Translations under genes and position numbers: made by a program
The notes under the pieces: model-generated
Databases searched by the model: none
Seen by the model: only the letters and a program-made list of their open reading frames with translations
What the model was told of the DNA's origin: nothing
Shown here: positions 51,591 to 64,000 of the stretch, one piece after another
Layout of the letters: each line of letters opens with the position of its first letter
Position numbering within the stretch: position 1 is the first letter of the stretch
Assembly: GCA_030264375.1 (NCBI GenBank)
Contig: JASCQW010000119.1
Span: forward strand, 39,674,130 to 39,738,129
DNA: 64,000 nucleotides
Direction of reading: 5' to 3'
Source: Carcharhinus longimanus
Taxonomy: Eukaryota

Positions 51591-51892
51591 CATAGAATCT
51601 TTACAGTGCAGGAGGAGGCCATGCGGCCCATCAAGACTGCACCAACCACCATCCCACCCAGGTCCTATTTCCGTAAGCCTATATTAACCCTGCTAATCTT
51701 CTGATAGTAGGTCCAATTTAACATGGCCAGTCAACCTATCCTGCACATCTTTGGACTGTGGCAGGAAACCAGAGCACCTGGAGGAATCCCATGCAGATAC
51801 AGGAATGTGCAAACTCCACACAGACAATGTCCCAAGGCTGGAATTGAACCCTGGTCCCTGGTGCTGTGAGGCAGCAGTGCTAATCTGCACCA
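51591..51892 (-). mobile_element. V-SINE
   Basis: Reverse complement of head, V core and tail. Confidence 0.88.
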
Positions 51893-52538
51893 TGTAAATA
51901 GAGCTGACTTCTAAACATACCCTTCACAAGAATCATGATATAAATACATTTCTTAAAGGCACAGCATCATCACAACATCATACCATGGGGACTGCTAGTC
52001 CAGTCCTACATTAACCTTTGCTCTGCCATGCATCTTTACTACTACAGCATGCCACACAACTTTGTTGTAACATTAAATAACCACCTTGCCTTCTTGGAAC
52101 TGCTAGCATGCCTTTGTTAAACTGTAAATAGACAATCTGCAATCAGGTTTGAAATTTTTAAAAATGTTCACATCTCACCTGATCCAAACCCATCCATTTT
52201 TGGGTAGGTTTAATTCTCATGCCATGTTAAGTGGATCTCTGGGAATGCCACAGCAGTGTTGTTAGCAAGCAGGGTAAGCAGTCAATCATAATTGAAGTAT
52301 TTTCAAAGACAGCAAGTCAGAAAATTAAAAGCACTAATTAACCTTCACTTTATATTTAATTTTTCAAATAGTAAAGTAAATGATCATGATTTGACTCAAA
52401 TAGAAGCTAAAATATCAATGTAAATTTTAAGGAAGTATTTGAAAAATATGTAAAATTTATCATAGTGGAGAAATTTGACATTCCACAAATACAAAATTAC
52501 AAAACATACAAATATTTATAAAATAGTTATAAAATATT

Positions 52539-52662
52539 GGGTGGGATTTTACAGCCTTGCTGGAGCAAAACTAGAAAATCCTGCCCGAGATCAATGGACA
52601 TTTTCATTGTCAACTCCTTGCCCACTCGGATTCTGTGGTGGGTGGAACAGTAACATTTCAGC
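52539..52662. mobile_element. Short MITE, GGGCNGRATTYT-type TIR family
   Basis: gggtgggattttac...aaaatcctgcccgagatcaatggac...gtaacatttcagc. Confidence 0.65.
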
Positions 52663-54324
52663 TAATAGTTAATGAAAATATTAGATTAGTTATTTAGCAA
52701 CAATTATAGAATTAGTCTGGTGTTTAAAAATCCAATTATGCCTCACTCAACAGGGTGTAACTTTATCAAGTATTTTACAGTGAGACTAACAGTGTAGAAG
52801 TGAAGTGAAAGTTCTCATCAGTGAATTGATTGCTCAAGGTTGCAGTCTGGGGATGACTCAATGGCACACTTTCTCTGGAGGAACATTGAATCATTGAGAG
52901 AAACTTCCGGATTTCCATTTTATTTTGTGCATTTGCAGACCCCCGAACTTGTTCACTAGCAAAGTCAAACAGGTGTGCCATCATCATGATTGCAAGCTCT
53001 GATGGCAATATAAGAAGAAAAGAATCCTGGTTAGAATCTACATCCCTAGAATGTTGGTTGTAACAAGGATTAATCTTGCTCACAAAAATTTGGGGTAAAA
53101 TCTTTAAAAAAAAGTTCCCTGAAATTCCAAATCTACACCCAACTACAGGACTTTTGCTTGTTCAGTGTTCAGTATAGACTTACTCACCATTTATTTAATC
53201 CAGATAATGTAGAATCAAGCTATCAGAACAAAGATGGAGAAGATCTCATGATTGAGGTTCATGCAGTAGCACTGCTGAAGTTTAAGCAGTTTAAAGCACT
53301 GATGAATATTTGGGCATTGTTTCAAATTCTGATCATGGTACCCATTTAAGCTTTGATCATCAAATTATCTGGAGCTCATTCAAAGAGCCCCAATTCTTGA
53401 TAACAGATCTGTCCACTAATGTGCATGAATGAACCAGCATCGCCTTGGTGTTGTGTGGATTTGCTCAGATAAGATTACAAAACCTGTACGGAGATTTGAC
53501 TTGATTCTAAGCTGCAATTGCCAGGCTGGTTATCCTGCAGTTATCCCATATATAAATAAAACTGTTTCTTCAAGAAAAATAGAAAGCAGTTAGACATCAG
53601 ATAAACATGAGTTTGAACCCTTTCTGGGTGGACTGAAGTGCTAAAAGCTCAAGATTTGTGGCGTGGTGAGCAACATAAAGTATGTGATTGTCTTGCCACT
53701 ATCCTCTTGATTACAGCCTGCATACACTCCATGTCCTGTTCAATTGTGCTTCATTTAAATCTGTATGAACGCCAGCCATTCTGGGAAGTAATTGAGTATT
53801 AAAGCAACATTATGTCATCAAAGTTGACAATGGAATTATTTTTACACATATTTACAACAAGTATTTTTAGTAAGTCTGTGATATCAATGTTGAAAGTTGT
53901 TTGAACTGTAGCACTACCTTAACTGATACCATATGTGGTTTCAAATCTTTTAAGAATAACATTGCAATGAATCCCTCTCATTTCCTTTAAACTAAGTGTG
54001 TATGGTCTTTTCAAAAACATATAATAAATCATTTTATTTTGTATAAACTAAGCCTGTGATGTGATATGTCTCATGCTTCAGCAAATGTCATTGAAAGTAT
54101 GACGAGACTGATCCTGTGGGAGGATGTGTAAAGGTCCAGATTTCTGAATTGCTTTTCTTATTACCAGTTTCATGCTGCAACTCTAAAATGCAATTCAACC
54201 CTAAAAAGTTATTGGAAAAATCAAACACTTATGGAATGTAAAAATGATTAAAAAAAAGTCTTATTTGCATCTGCTCTAAATGAATAGAAGCTGCATGTTG
54301 ACAAATAATTTATGTTTATTTCAG

Positions 54325-54405
54325 GGACCTAATACTATTATGATTGCCATGGTCATTCTGCTGAACATCGGCCTAGCCATCTTGTTTGTCCATTTACTCA
54401 CATGA
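54325..54405 (+). CDS. JPH2: Junctophilin-2, last coding exon: C-terminal ER/SR transmembrane anchor
   Basis: Acceptor tttatttcag ends at 54324; encodes GPNTIMIAMVILLNIGLAILFVHLLT* (TGA 54403-54405), nearly identical to the JPH2 C-terminus. A donor gag|gtaaga follows at 54418. Confidence 0.97.
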   Translation, partial: GPNTIMIAMVILLNIGLAILFVHLLT

Positions 54406-54969
54406 CTTGTTTCTGAGGTAAGAAGCACATTTTCGTTCAGTTAACCAAGCAGTAAAAACAACTTAGCAACTTTTAACATAAAAAGAGACATTCCATGGCA
54501 CCTCCCTGCAGCATTTTTATTAGGAGAGGGCAGGTTTAAAGGAAAGAGGAACAATAGCCTTGAAGAGAGAAAATCGTTAACAATATTGGTGAAAATGGGA
54601 CCAGCAGGGAAAGGTGGGTGATCAGCAGTTCAGTGCAGAAAGGATCAATGGAACAGGAGGTGGGTCTCATGGACAAGAGGAGCTCAGAGAGGGCATAAGG
54701 GGAGATGAGAAAGAAACTGGAGAGATATGTGAGTTCAGGGCTAGGAAGGGGAGAGCTTTAGAAGATGTTTGGTTTGGTAAGCCATTGGAAGTGAGAAATG
54801 TGGCAGATGTAGCTGATAAGATGGTCTTAATCTCAGTGACATGAAGTTCATGAACTTCTCACAATTGGTGTTAGATCTGAGGGTGTAGGGGACGGGGGGT
54901 TTAAGCACCATAACATTTCTGATCCTTTAAACATTGTCATTTGACCCAGTAGTAAAAATAGTAGCTTAA

Positions 54970-55110
54970 GGCCGAATTTTCCAGCTGTTCACACCAGCAG
55001 AATCTTCTGGACCGCTAACATGTAATCCCGCCATGGGTTTCTCTGCGGCATGGGTTGGAGCTGCCTCCCACCTGAGAAACATGTAGTGGGGAGGCCAGAG
55101 AATCCCACCC
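54970..55110. mobile_element. Short MITE, GGGCNGRATTYT-type TIR family
   Basis: ggccgaattttcc ... gagaatcccaccc. Confidence 0.6.
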
Positions 55111-55190
55111 AATGGTTTTCTTGTGATGCTCTTAGAATGTTACACTTCAAACAAGAGTGTCGTCACTCAAATTCTTTGTTGTTATTGCAG

Positions 55191-57200
55191 AAGCTCTTGC
55201 ACTATTTCCTGCTGAAAATAAGGAGGAAGACCTTTGGAAAGTTGTACATCCTGCAAGACTTGACACTCAGAGACACTGCAGAGTTTGACTTCAGTGGCCC
55301 CTTTTGAAGAATTCCCTGATCTGTTTTCTGTCACCATTCTGTGCCCTACAGTTTTGGAAATGAGCAACATTGGAAGATGTACACCTGACCTGAATTTATT
55401 TGTAGAAACTAACAGCTGCCTTACCTTTTGCCTGTGTTTATATTATACAGTACTAGCTGCCAAGGATTGTGCTTGAAAGCTTGAATTATTGTACAAAAGG
55501 GAGGGGAGAGGGAGAGAAAAAAATTCTTATGGTTCTATTTCATAAACAAGAAAAAGTTGAGTTAGTTCAGGGAGATCTTGCTCACATATTTTTGTAGCTT
55601 GATGACACTTTTGGTTAAATTGAGTACAATGAAACATGGGTATTATTGTATACTTAACTCTTAACTCAAAGATTTAGGGCTATATTTTCCTCTGTTTTTT
55701 ATTGCTGGTGAAAGAATGTAAAGTGGTATTCCCCATTTTATGCACACCTTTTCCCACTAAAATACCTAACAGAGGAGAATTCTTCCTTAGAGGTTGTCTT
55801 TTGGAAAAAGAGAACATGGATGCTTTGCACTGCATTCATAGGGCTTTTTATATGTCATGAAGGGGAATATTGGTCTACTGTGAATTTTTAACACATTTTC
55901 TCTCTCTCTGCATTATAGTCCTAATCAGATGAGTAAGAGAATTATGATTCATGTTCGTTGCATGTTTGTCAGTGAGCTGTTTTTACCACATTTGAAGACT
56001 AATTATGCCAACCCACCATTCTTATATAGTCAGTATTCATTTTTTGAGCAACGCTGTAATAAGCTAAGTAAAAAGGGAATGCACAAATTTGCTCTTAATA
56101 TCACAGTGCTTTCAAAATTAAATTGATTAAAAATTCAAGGAAGGCCAAAACTTCTTTGTAACAAATTTAATACTACTTTACATTTTGAAGGCCATATTAG
56201 TGTAAAAAAAAGTAAACTTGCAGTTTGTAACTATATATTTTTGACAAAAACCTTTGGCATTTTGAGCAGTTGTACATCTTCAAGGTGCAGACCTTGTTCT
56301 GCATTCAGATTTCCTTTAAATGCCTTACAGTATTTCTGTCAATACATTCACAGTACTTTAGTTAGTTTAAAGCAGCAGTGTCACACAATACTTGTTACTT
56401 AGATTGCTTTCAGAGTATAACCTTTTCATCTTTGTGCTGGAGTACAAAATGTTTTGAGCTGTTTTCTTCCTTTGCTCTGCATGTGTGCACTTTGTAGGAC
56501 AATAGCGTAGACGGTTTTAAAATTTGTTTTACATATAACAAGGTATGTATGCTTTTGTGTGGCTATACATTCAGGACTGTTTTTACCTTGTAAGATTTAT
56601 ATACAAAAAGATAAAATTACCTCAGAGATGCATGCTTCTCCAAAAGTTTGATTGAAATGTTCATTTGGTATTTTCAGGTCTTATTACAACGTGAACAAGT
56701 TCACAAGACACACTGAACACTTATCTCCCAGATATTTATTCAGTTCTATAAATAAGCATTACTAAATACTACCTTGTCTGGCACTATCACATAAAGGATT
56801 TTGTGGAATGTGGTCAAGTAAAGTAAAATGTATTTATAACTTGCGGCATGTAGTATTTAAGGAAGTTTCCTTCAGAATTTGAATATCCAAAATATTATAT
56901 AGTATTATTCTCTGAGTATGTTTGTTTTTACACTGCCTCATGATGAGACGAAGAACTGAATGGAAATTAATGTAAATGATCTGAAAGACAGCTGTCACAT
57001 CAAGCAGTTTTGAAATTGTATACCAAGGGAGGAAAGCTTAATTCAGTCATATTTATTATCCAAACCATGAGGATTAGTGCCTTAAATGACAGATATATGT
57101 TACCATAGACAAAACAATTCAGATAGCAAATTTTCATTTTCTCAATGCTGATGTTTGAATTTCAAAGCTCTATATTAGAATAAATGCACCATCATTTTAT
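55191..57200 (+). other. JPH2: Putative non-coding terminal exon / 3' UTR of JPH2 (3' end uncertain)
   Basis: Candidate acceptor ttctttgttgttattgcag ends at 55190, followed by about 2 kb of repeat-poor AU-rich sequence with AATAAA at 57179-57184. Further AATAAA hexamers at about 59571 and 61652 could extend it. Confidence 0.45.
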
Positions 57201-57484
57201 GACCTAGGATTGTAAGATACAGGAAATCACATGGTTAAACCTGACAAGAACAACTTCCTAGAAAATGCACTATCTGGTAAAGGTTATAAACTACAGTAAA
57301 CTCAGCAGACTTCAAAGTTCAACAATGTGTGGTACTTCCTTGAATATTTCTTTTGTCAATTTGCAATTGTAGGGCTGACCAACACCTAAAGTTAAAATCA
57401 ATTCTCTTTTTGTTTAACTTGGTGACTTTCATTGTGTTGGGACTGATATTAACTAGCTAGAATTGATGTTAAAGATGAGTTAAA

Positions 57485-57615
57485 GGGCAGGATTTTCCCT
57501 CGTCTCACTCACCCCAAAATCAGAAAATCCCGCATCCAAGGTCAACAGACCTTTCCATGGTCCACCCCATGGCTGCTTCGATTCTCATGGCGGGCGGAAT
57601 GGGAAAGTTTTCCCC
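57485..57615. mobile_element. Short MITE, GGGCNGRATTYT-type TIR family
   Basis: gggcaggattttccc...aaaatcccgc.tccaaggtcaac...gggaaagttttcccc. Confidence 0.65.
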
Positions 57616-60600
57616 AATGTCCTCAAATTGGGTTTGGGTAGATTTATGGCCCACAGGCATAGTTACATTGTGCCATTTTTAAAGGATCTTCCCATTAGCA
57701 TAAAGGCACTTGCAATTTCAGACAGTGGGCTTCTTTATTATGTAAATCAGAATGCTATGATATAGTTAGGATGCAATGTTAAAGTGACATGGTTAGAGCA
57801 TTCCTTGCACACTGTTCATTCATGTCTCTTCCAATTTGGCAACTTAAGCTGTAAGCTCCAGAAGCAGCACCAAAACTCTTTCCAAGTTAGGTTTGTGTGA
57901 AAAAAAAGTATGCTCCTCATAGTTTCGGAAGAATACTGCAGACTGTTGCTTCCTTGGATTCACTTCCCTCACTTTGCCTCTATCTCCCCTCAGGCAACTA
58001 GAACCACCCAATCACTGTGCAACTCCAAACTTAGCACACTTCAGCGGGGCACTATTTAGATTCTTCAGCTTCCATGTATCAAATAGCTGTGGATCGAATT
58101 TTGCTGAGTTATGCCTCCACAGACCTTTAAATATGGTAGATGGGATCTGCATCTGGAAGTCCTGCCTACACTTCCTGGCAAATCTAATTTGCACCAGTAG
58201 GGGAAAGGGGATGGGACGTAACTCACACATGCGGGAAACCAAAAATCAGCTGGACCATTTGAATTTAGTTCTGAGTTCAAACAGACCCAGTTTTCACTGC
58301 AGCTTATCCCGCAGTGTGGGAGTTGGAAATCTTGAGAGGTCGTAAGTGCTGTTGAAGGGTATAGGTATGTAGAACTTCAAAACTGTCTAGTTATTTAAAT
58401 GGTCAGCCTTTAAAAAAAAGACAATGGCCTCATCGTCTGGGAGTTGAATACAAAATCTTCTGGCAGTTTCAATAGCTGTTTATTGATATAACCATAAGTG
58501 TTTTCATTATTAATTATTAACTGCTTTCCACAACCTATCGCCATCACAATGGGAGATGTTTGTAAGTTCACAGTTTAATTGACGGATGAAAGGAGTTATT
58601 AAAATTAGCTATCTTTGATGTGGAATTTTGAACACCTCTTTTATGTACTTAAGTACTTAAGGAGATTTTGTGGATGGGACTATGTTTTATATAATTAAGT
58701 CTGTAATAGACACTTAGAATTTTATTTTATTTCATCTCAGCATGGTGTCTGAGATCTGCCAATGATAGATTGGCATGGAGGTTATCAGGGCAAAGGATGT
58801 TTAGTGGTAGGTGGGGGGGCACAGCTTGGCATGAGTATGCATTAAATTGCCATGGGTGTGGGTAGAGGGTATCGTGCATTGGATTAGGGGTCTAGGGCTC
58901 ATCAGCGTGGGTGAGAGTCATGGGTTGGTATGGGGGCCTATGGGCTTGGAAGGAGGGGGTGAATTGGCATAAGTTGACATGGATGGTCATGGGGACTGGA
59001 TAGGTAGAGAGGTGAAAGTGAGGGCTAGAGAGCCTAATGTTTAGGACAACAACTAGAACAAAGTCCCAGTGAACTCAGGCAGGTCTTTTTAACAGACCAC
59101 CTCAGCATTTGCAACTCCTGTGGCCGCCACCAGTCTGCATCCTGGAACAGTGGGCCTGACTGCATCCATGCCTGCACTGACACCCATCCCCCACACAGAA
59201 ATCCAAATCATTTGGGGTACTTTTTCTCAAGCTGCATGTGCCAAACCAGAGAATTTCTCAACTCGAGCTACCCATTTCTGGAGCGTAAATCTGACCTCAA
59301 GTCTCACACCAGTGGGAATGGATGGAAGGCGAGTAAGGGATGGGAGGGAGCATCACTGTGTTCCACCAACCAGCTGGCTTTGAAGTTTAAAAACTACTCC
59401 TTTGTTTCCTTTTCAAATAAGTATTTTTCAAATAATGTAAGATTATACTTAAAATTATAATGCAAGATTATACTTAAATTTTAGATGCACTGTAATGCTG
59501 CCAGTATTGGAAAGGAAAATCTGATACCACTGATTTTGTACACACATTGAAGTTAAAAATTATCCTAATTAATAAAGGTCATGTGAAAAAAATCTTTGCT
59601 GAACCATCCTGGAAATGTTGCTATGATTGATATAACTAGTGCATGCAGATCTTTTTTTGCAACTGAAAACATTGTTTCTAAATATGGAATCTAATTTTAA
59701 AGTGCTTTTCTTTAAAAATTTTTGCTGAAGGAAATAGAAGAATTTCTATTAAGCCAATTATATCCTTTGAATTAAGCAATAAGAAGAAGTAAGAGCAGAA
59801 GCAGGCTGATAGAAAAAGAGTTTAAATCATAATCTTCTACTTGAAAATGTCAAAGCAGTTTTGCTGAAGTATTTCAAAGAAAATATATGTCCAGTCTTTT
59901 GTGGGATCTGCAATCAATTGCAGTAATGCTTTGGGGAGTTGTGATTGAACAGGTAAACTATTTTGATAGGCTGCCATCCTTTCTTTAACTTTGACCTGGT
60001 AGATGAAGCCAAAAGAGATGATGGGTCATATTTTCTGTGTCCGTTTCCAACAGAGTCTACTATTGAATTTGACCTGCCCTTGCGTGGTAGGTTTTCAAAT
60101 TTTTTGTGTGGCAGGCAGTTGCATGTGTGAGCTGATAATGCTGCAGCAAAGGCATCTGGGATCTAAGTGAACAGGGCAAGCAACTGTATACCTCCTGCTC
60201 CAATTAGCCTAGAGGGCTCTGAAACAAACTGTGCAAGGTCTGGAAGAGGAAGTGTGCATGAGAGTAGGCAAATTCAATGTCAAATCAAGTATGGAAAGAG
60301 AAATGAAGACCTGGAAAGAAAGATTGGATTAAAAGCAAGGGATAAAAGAAGTAAAAGTACAAAATAGCACTTCTAAAAACCTAAAAACAATTAAAACTTG
60401 ATGGAATAAGATTTCACTTTTGTTATAGTTAATTCAAACTACCAGAGAGGTTGATCACCAGCAAACACAGGAAGTTCACACCATTCAGTACATGTTAGTA
60501 GTGAGCCAGACAGTGAGAGGCCATTGTTGCAAAGCCATTGGTAGAATGGTGTGTCTTGGATATCAACCTTTTGATCTCCATATTTAAAAACTAAAGTCTT

Positions 60601-62108
60601 CTCCTCACCTGGAGTTGTTGTACAATTTATGAATAAATAATAGTGAAGACAATTAGTCTTACTGCTATGTTTTTTTCTGTGAATTATGGCCAGTTGAATA
60701 TTTTTAATTAGATTTCATTATGATCTCAATTTAAAATCAAAATTCCAGTTCTTTTCGAAGTTTGAAACATTTTTTTGACCACATCAACAAAGAAAGGAAA
60801 CACAACACCATTTTAGCGAACCAGCTGTGCTTGGACGCCCAGGATTAACATAAATTAAACACAAATTAACAGGCAAATTGTAGATGATAAACTATAAATT
60901 AGATGTTAAGTGGCTTTTACAACCAAGACAGATCTTAGCAATTGGCTCAGCCAATTGTTCAGTCAATAGGCAATCAAAGTCATTAACAAAGTCCTTCAAA
61001 ACTTTGATCATTGTTCCGAAGAATCACCTGATCCCTGGCCAACAGCAGTACACAGCCAACCAGTTCCACAGGCTTAATCTTCACCATAACTGCCACAAGT
61101 CTGCAAAACTTCCTAAACTCTGCTTAAGATAGTAGAGCAACAATGTTACCTTCAAACAACAGAAACAGCTGCGGCTGCTATCTCTGCTTATTCTCAGCCT
61201 CTGCCTGTACTACACCATTAGACCCATCAACTTCGGTTACTGAGACTGCTTGGTCTCCGTTGCATCCCTTTCTGTAGCCTTAACCAGTCTTGTCTGCCCC
61301 GAAGTTTTAGTTTCCTTTGAAATTGGAGGGTCAGTTTCCTTTCTCTGTGTCAACTTTCTATTTCATTTTTTGCTTTCCCTTTTCAGTAAGGCAGTCTTTA
61401 AAAAATTGAAGTTTTGAAACCACAAATTCCACCACAACAATTAAGCCGAGACAATTTGATCAGTGTCATTTTAGTACCGTGGTAACCCATATTAACTGAT
61501 TTGAAAATCTAGATAAAACTCTTATTTTAAATGAGATTTGTTAGTTTTGTGTTTAAAACCAAATATATATATATATCCAAGATAACAATTCTATAAGTAT
61601 GTTCCAATGATTTTTATGTGTCCTACGTCTTACGAGTGGCTGATCCTTTGCAATAAAGTATGGCTTCTACAACACCATCAGATTAGCACACAGAACATGG
61701 AACTAAAAATTATTTTGTTGTAATGAGAAACTTTGGACTCTGAATGTAAAGTACGACACAAACGTCGATCTTGCTGCAGTGGTCTACTGCAGTCAGTATT
61801 TGTCACTTTAAAAAATAATGAGAAGCACTGCATGCAGAAAGAGAATCTTAAATCTTTAGTAGTTCATTGCCACTGCTGGCCAAATGGTTCCATTATCATT
61901 TCTTAATGCTTATGAACATAGAATTAATATTAATGATCCTGAAAAGAATGTCCATGTATGTTTATTTTATGTAGTTTGCAAAATCAACCATCCATTTACT
62001 TGCTGTTGAATAGTCTTCTAAAATTCAGAAAAAAATGCTACACTGTTTTAAATGTAACCTTGTTAATTTACAACAGAATGCAGTCATCATTTAGATGCAT
62101 ATAATATA

Positions 62109-62285
62109 TTGCTGCCGTCAGTGGTGATGGAGGCGAACTCGCTGGGGTCTTTTAAGAGACTTCTGGATGAGTACATGGGATTTAATGGGATTGAGGGTTA
62201 TGGATAGGCCTGGTAGGTAGTGATATGATCGGCGTAACCTGTGGGCCGAAGGGCCTGTTTGTGCTGTAGTGTTCTATGTTCTATA
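62109..62285 (+). mobile_element. CR1 3' end
   Basis: gtggtgatggaggcgaactcgctggggtcttttaagagacttctggatgag...gggccgaagggcctgtttgtgctgtagtgttctatgttctat. Confidence 0.85.
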
Positions 62286-62544
62286 ATGGTATGACTGTGT
62301 GCAATTAAACCTCATTCTCTCTTTTTAGTTACTGTTACAGTATATGAAACATAAAACCACTTTTGTTCCACATTCCACTTACATTTGACCTTATCATGAA
62401 CTTTATTCATGTTTCAAAACTAGTTTTTCCTGTTACAGGACAAGATTTTGTCACCTGTACAAGATTCATAAAGTACAGAAACCACGAAACACAGCAATTG
62501 ACTTGAAACTAACAGTATTATAAGTATTTGTTTTTCTTAATACA

Positions 62545-62860
62545 GGGGTGTGGTGGCACAATGCTAAACAATGCTGCCTCACAACACCAGGGACCTGGGT
62601 TTGATTCTGGCCTTGGGTGAATGTGTGGAGTTTGCACGTTCTCCCTATGTCTACGTGAGTTTCCTGCAGGTGCTCCGGTTTCCTCCCACAATCCAAAGAT
62701 ATGCAGGTTAGATGGGCTGGCTGTGCTAAATTTCCCCTTAATGCCCATAGGCAGATGGATTAGCCATGGTAAATGTACAGGATTATATGGATAGGATGGA
62801 CAATTAGTGCAGACTTGATGGACCGAATGGCCTCTTTCTGCACTGTAAGGATTCTGTGGA
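62545..62860 (+). mobile_element. V-SINE, full length
   Basis: ggtggcacaatg.taa..atgctgcctcaca..., V core, tail gaatggcctctttctgcactgtaaggattctgtg. Confidence 0.88.
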
Positions 62861-64000
62861 TACTTAAGAAATCTTAGGAATCCAATTTCAGTTTATACTT
62901 TGCTTCAGCCAACAGCAGTGTGTCTTTGTGTTTTACCTGGCTAAAAACTGCAATGGCATAAATCTCCAATCCATGAAGCATAATTTTTATATGAACTGAA
63001 TATTAACAATATTTAGCCTCTGTTTCTTTAAACTCTGGTTGACTTGCATGTATCCTTTGACGGACAACTAGGGCTGCCAGGGTTTTCAGTTTCATTATCT
63101 CTACGGATGATTGAAATAAATAATTGTAGGAGTAAGCTGTTGTAAAATCTTAGTTTAATAAAACATATTAAGTTCTTGTAATTAATTTTATTGATATGAA
63201 ATTTTCTTCAAAATAGAGCAGCAATTACATCTTTAACAAAATATCCACCAACAGGAATTACTTCATATCTAAACCTGAGAAGTGACCTTATTTCTACGTG
63301 GGTAGTTAGAATTCCAAAGATTGAACCTTGGTGGTGAAACAGTTGAAAAATCCTAGATTAGTTGTTCTTTGGCTTAATGGAAACTTGGAGCAACATCAAG
63401 TTTACGCTATTATTGAGCAGGAGGGAGAGATGTTATTGGTTCAGGCTTGGGTCAAATTTGATTGCGAACTGTGTGTTCATCCTTACTATACTGAGGATTT
63501 TTGAAAGAAAAACCAATGAAGCAACATATGTAAATGTGACCAGATTGGCATTACATCATATAGAGCTTAATAAGATGTGACAAAACAAATTCAATTGCCG
63601 TATGATTCTTGTTACACATGATAGGATATAGCTGGACCTTATAGTTCAGCATTTGCTAGAATATTGATACTGTCGCATGTATGCAAGCAGCCTGTGATCA
63701 GTCACTGAGAAGGCTGTACGGAAAGCAAAAGGATAGATGATGCCAAAATTGTGACTTCAAGTTTCCCCGATTAAACGGTGAGGTTACTGAATAGCACAGG
63801 TAATTTATATCTCTAATAACCTCACACCCCAAACATTTATTATTTTGTTGATCATATGTATGTGTGCACACTGAAACACAAATTGAACTCTAATTATTGT
63901 ATGAACCTCAGTCCAACCATGTTGCATCAGCAAACCTCCAGATGAAAATTAAGCCACTATTATGTCTCTACAGACTACTGAGATGGTATGAACACTGTAA

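Larger units (their letters stand above)
50707..51974 (-). mobile_element. Solo LTR (TG...CA, 4-bp TSD ACAT) carrying nested CR1 and V-SINE
   Basis: acat|TGTTAGGG at 50707 and CATCACA|acat at 51974; related to the 23805-24512 LTR. Confidence 0.75.
46955..52060 (-). mobile_element. Candidate LTR element enclosing the coiled-coil pseudogene
   Basis: Direct repeats at 46955-47057 and (50697-50706 + 51979-52060); minus-strand PPT GGAAAAAAGGAGGA (47071-47058) is immediately followed by TGTTGTA. Confidence 0.55.

Noticed and set aside
60860-61400. Repeat-poor, slightly GC-richer segment tested as an exon of a neighbouring gene
   Set aside because: The frames I translated have stops and no recognisable homology or convincing splice sites.
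1-64000. Prokaryotic-type systems (CRISPR arrays, operons, rRNA) and true tRNA genes
   Set aside because: The sequence is vertebrate intronic DNA; no regularly spaced repeat arrays were seen, and the tRNA-like boxes belong to SINE heads.

Overview
Eukaryotic, repeat-rich vertebrate DNA with several assembly gaps. The repeat content (V-SINE/HE1-like SINEs, Deu-domain SINEs, CR1, Penelope-like and Harbinger elements) points to a shark or other elasmobranch. The window holds the 3' half of a junctophilin-2 (JPH2) gene on the + strand: coding exons 25321-25439, 44810-45753 and 54325-54405, a splice donor 12 nt after the stop, and a probable non-coding last exon from about 55191. The MORN-repeat exons lie upstream of the window. 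The introns contain a decayed histone H2B orphon, many nested transposons, minimal hammerhead ribozymes in Penelope-like ends, and an apparent LTR element whose internal region is a decayed UACA/ANKRD24/RAI14-like coiled-coil coding sequence (candidate LTR-mediated gene capture). All family assignments and protein comparisons are by eye from remembered sequences; no database search was run, and repeat boundaries are approximate unless a target-site duplication (TSD) is given.
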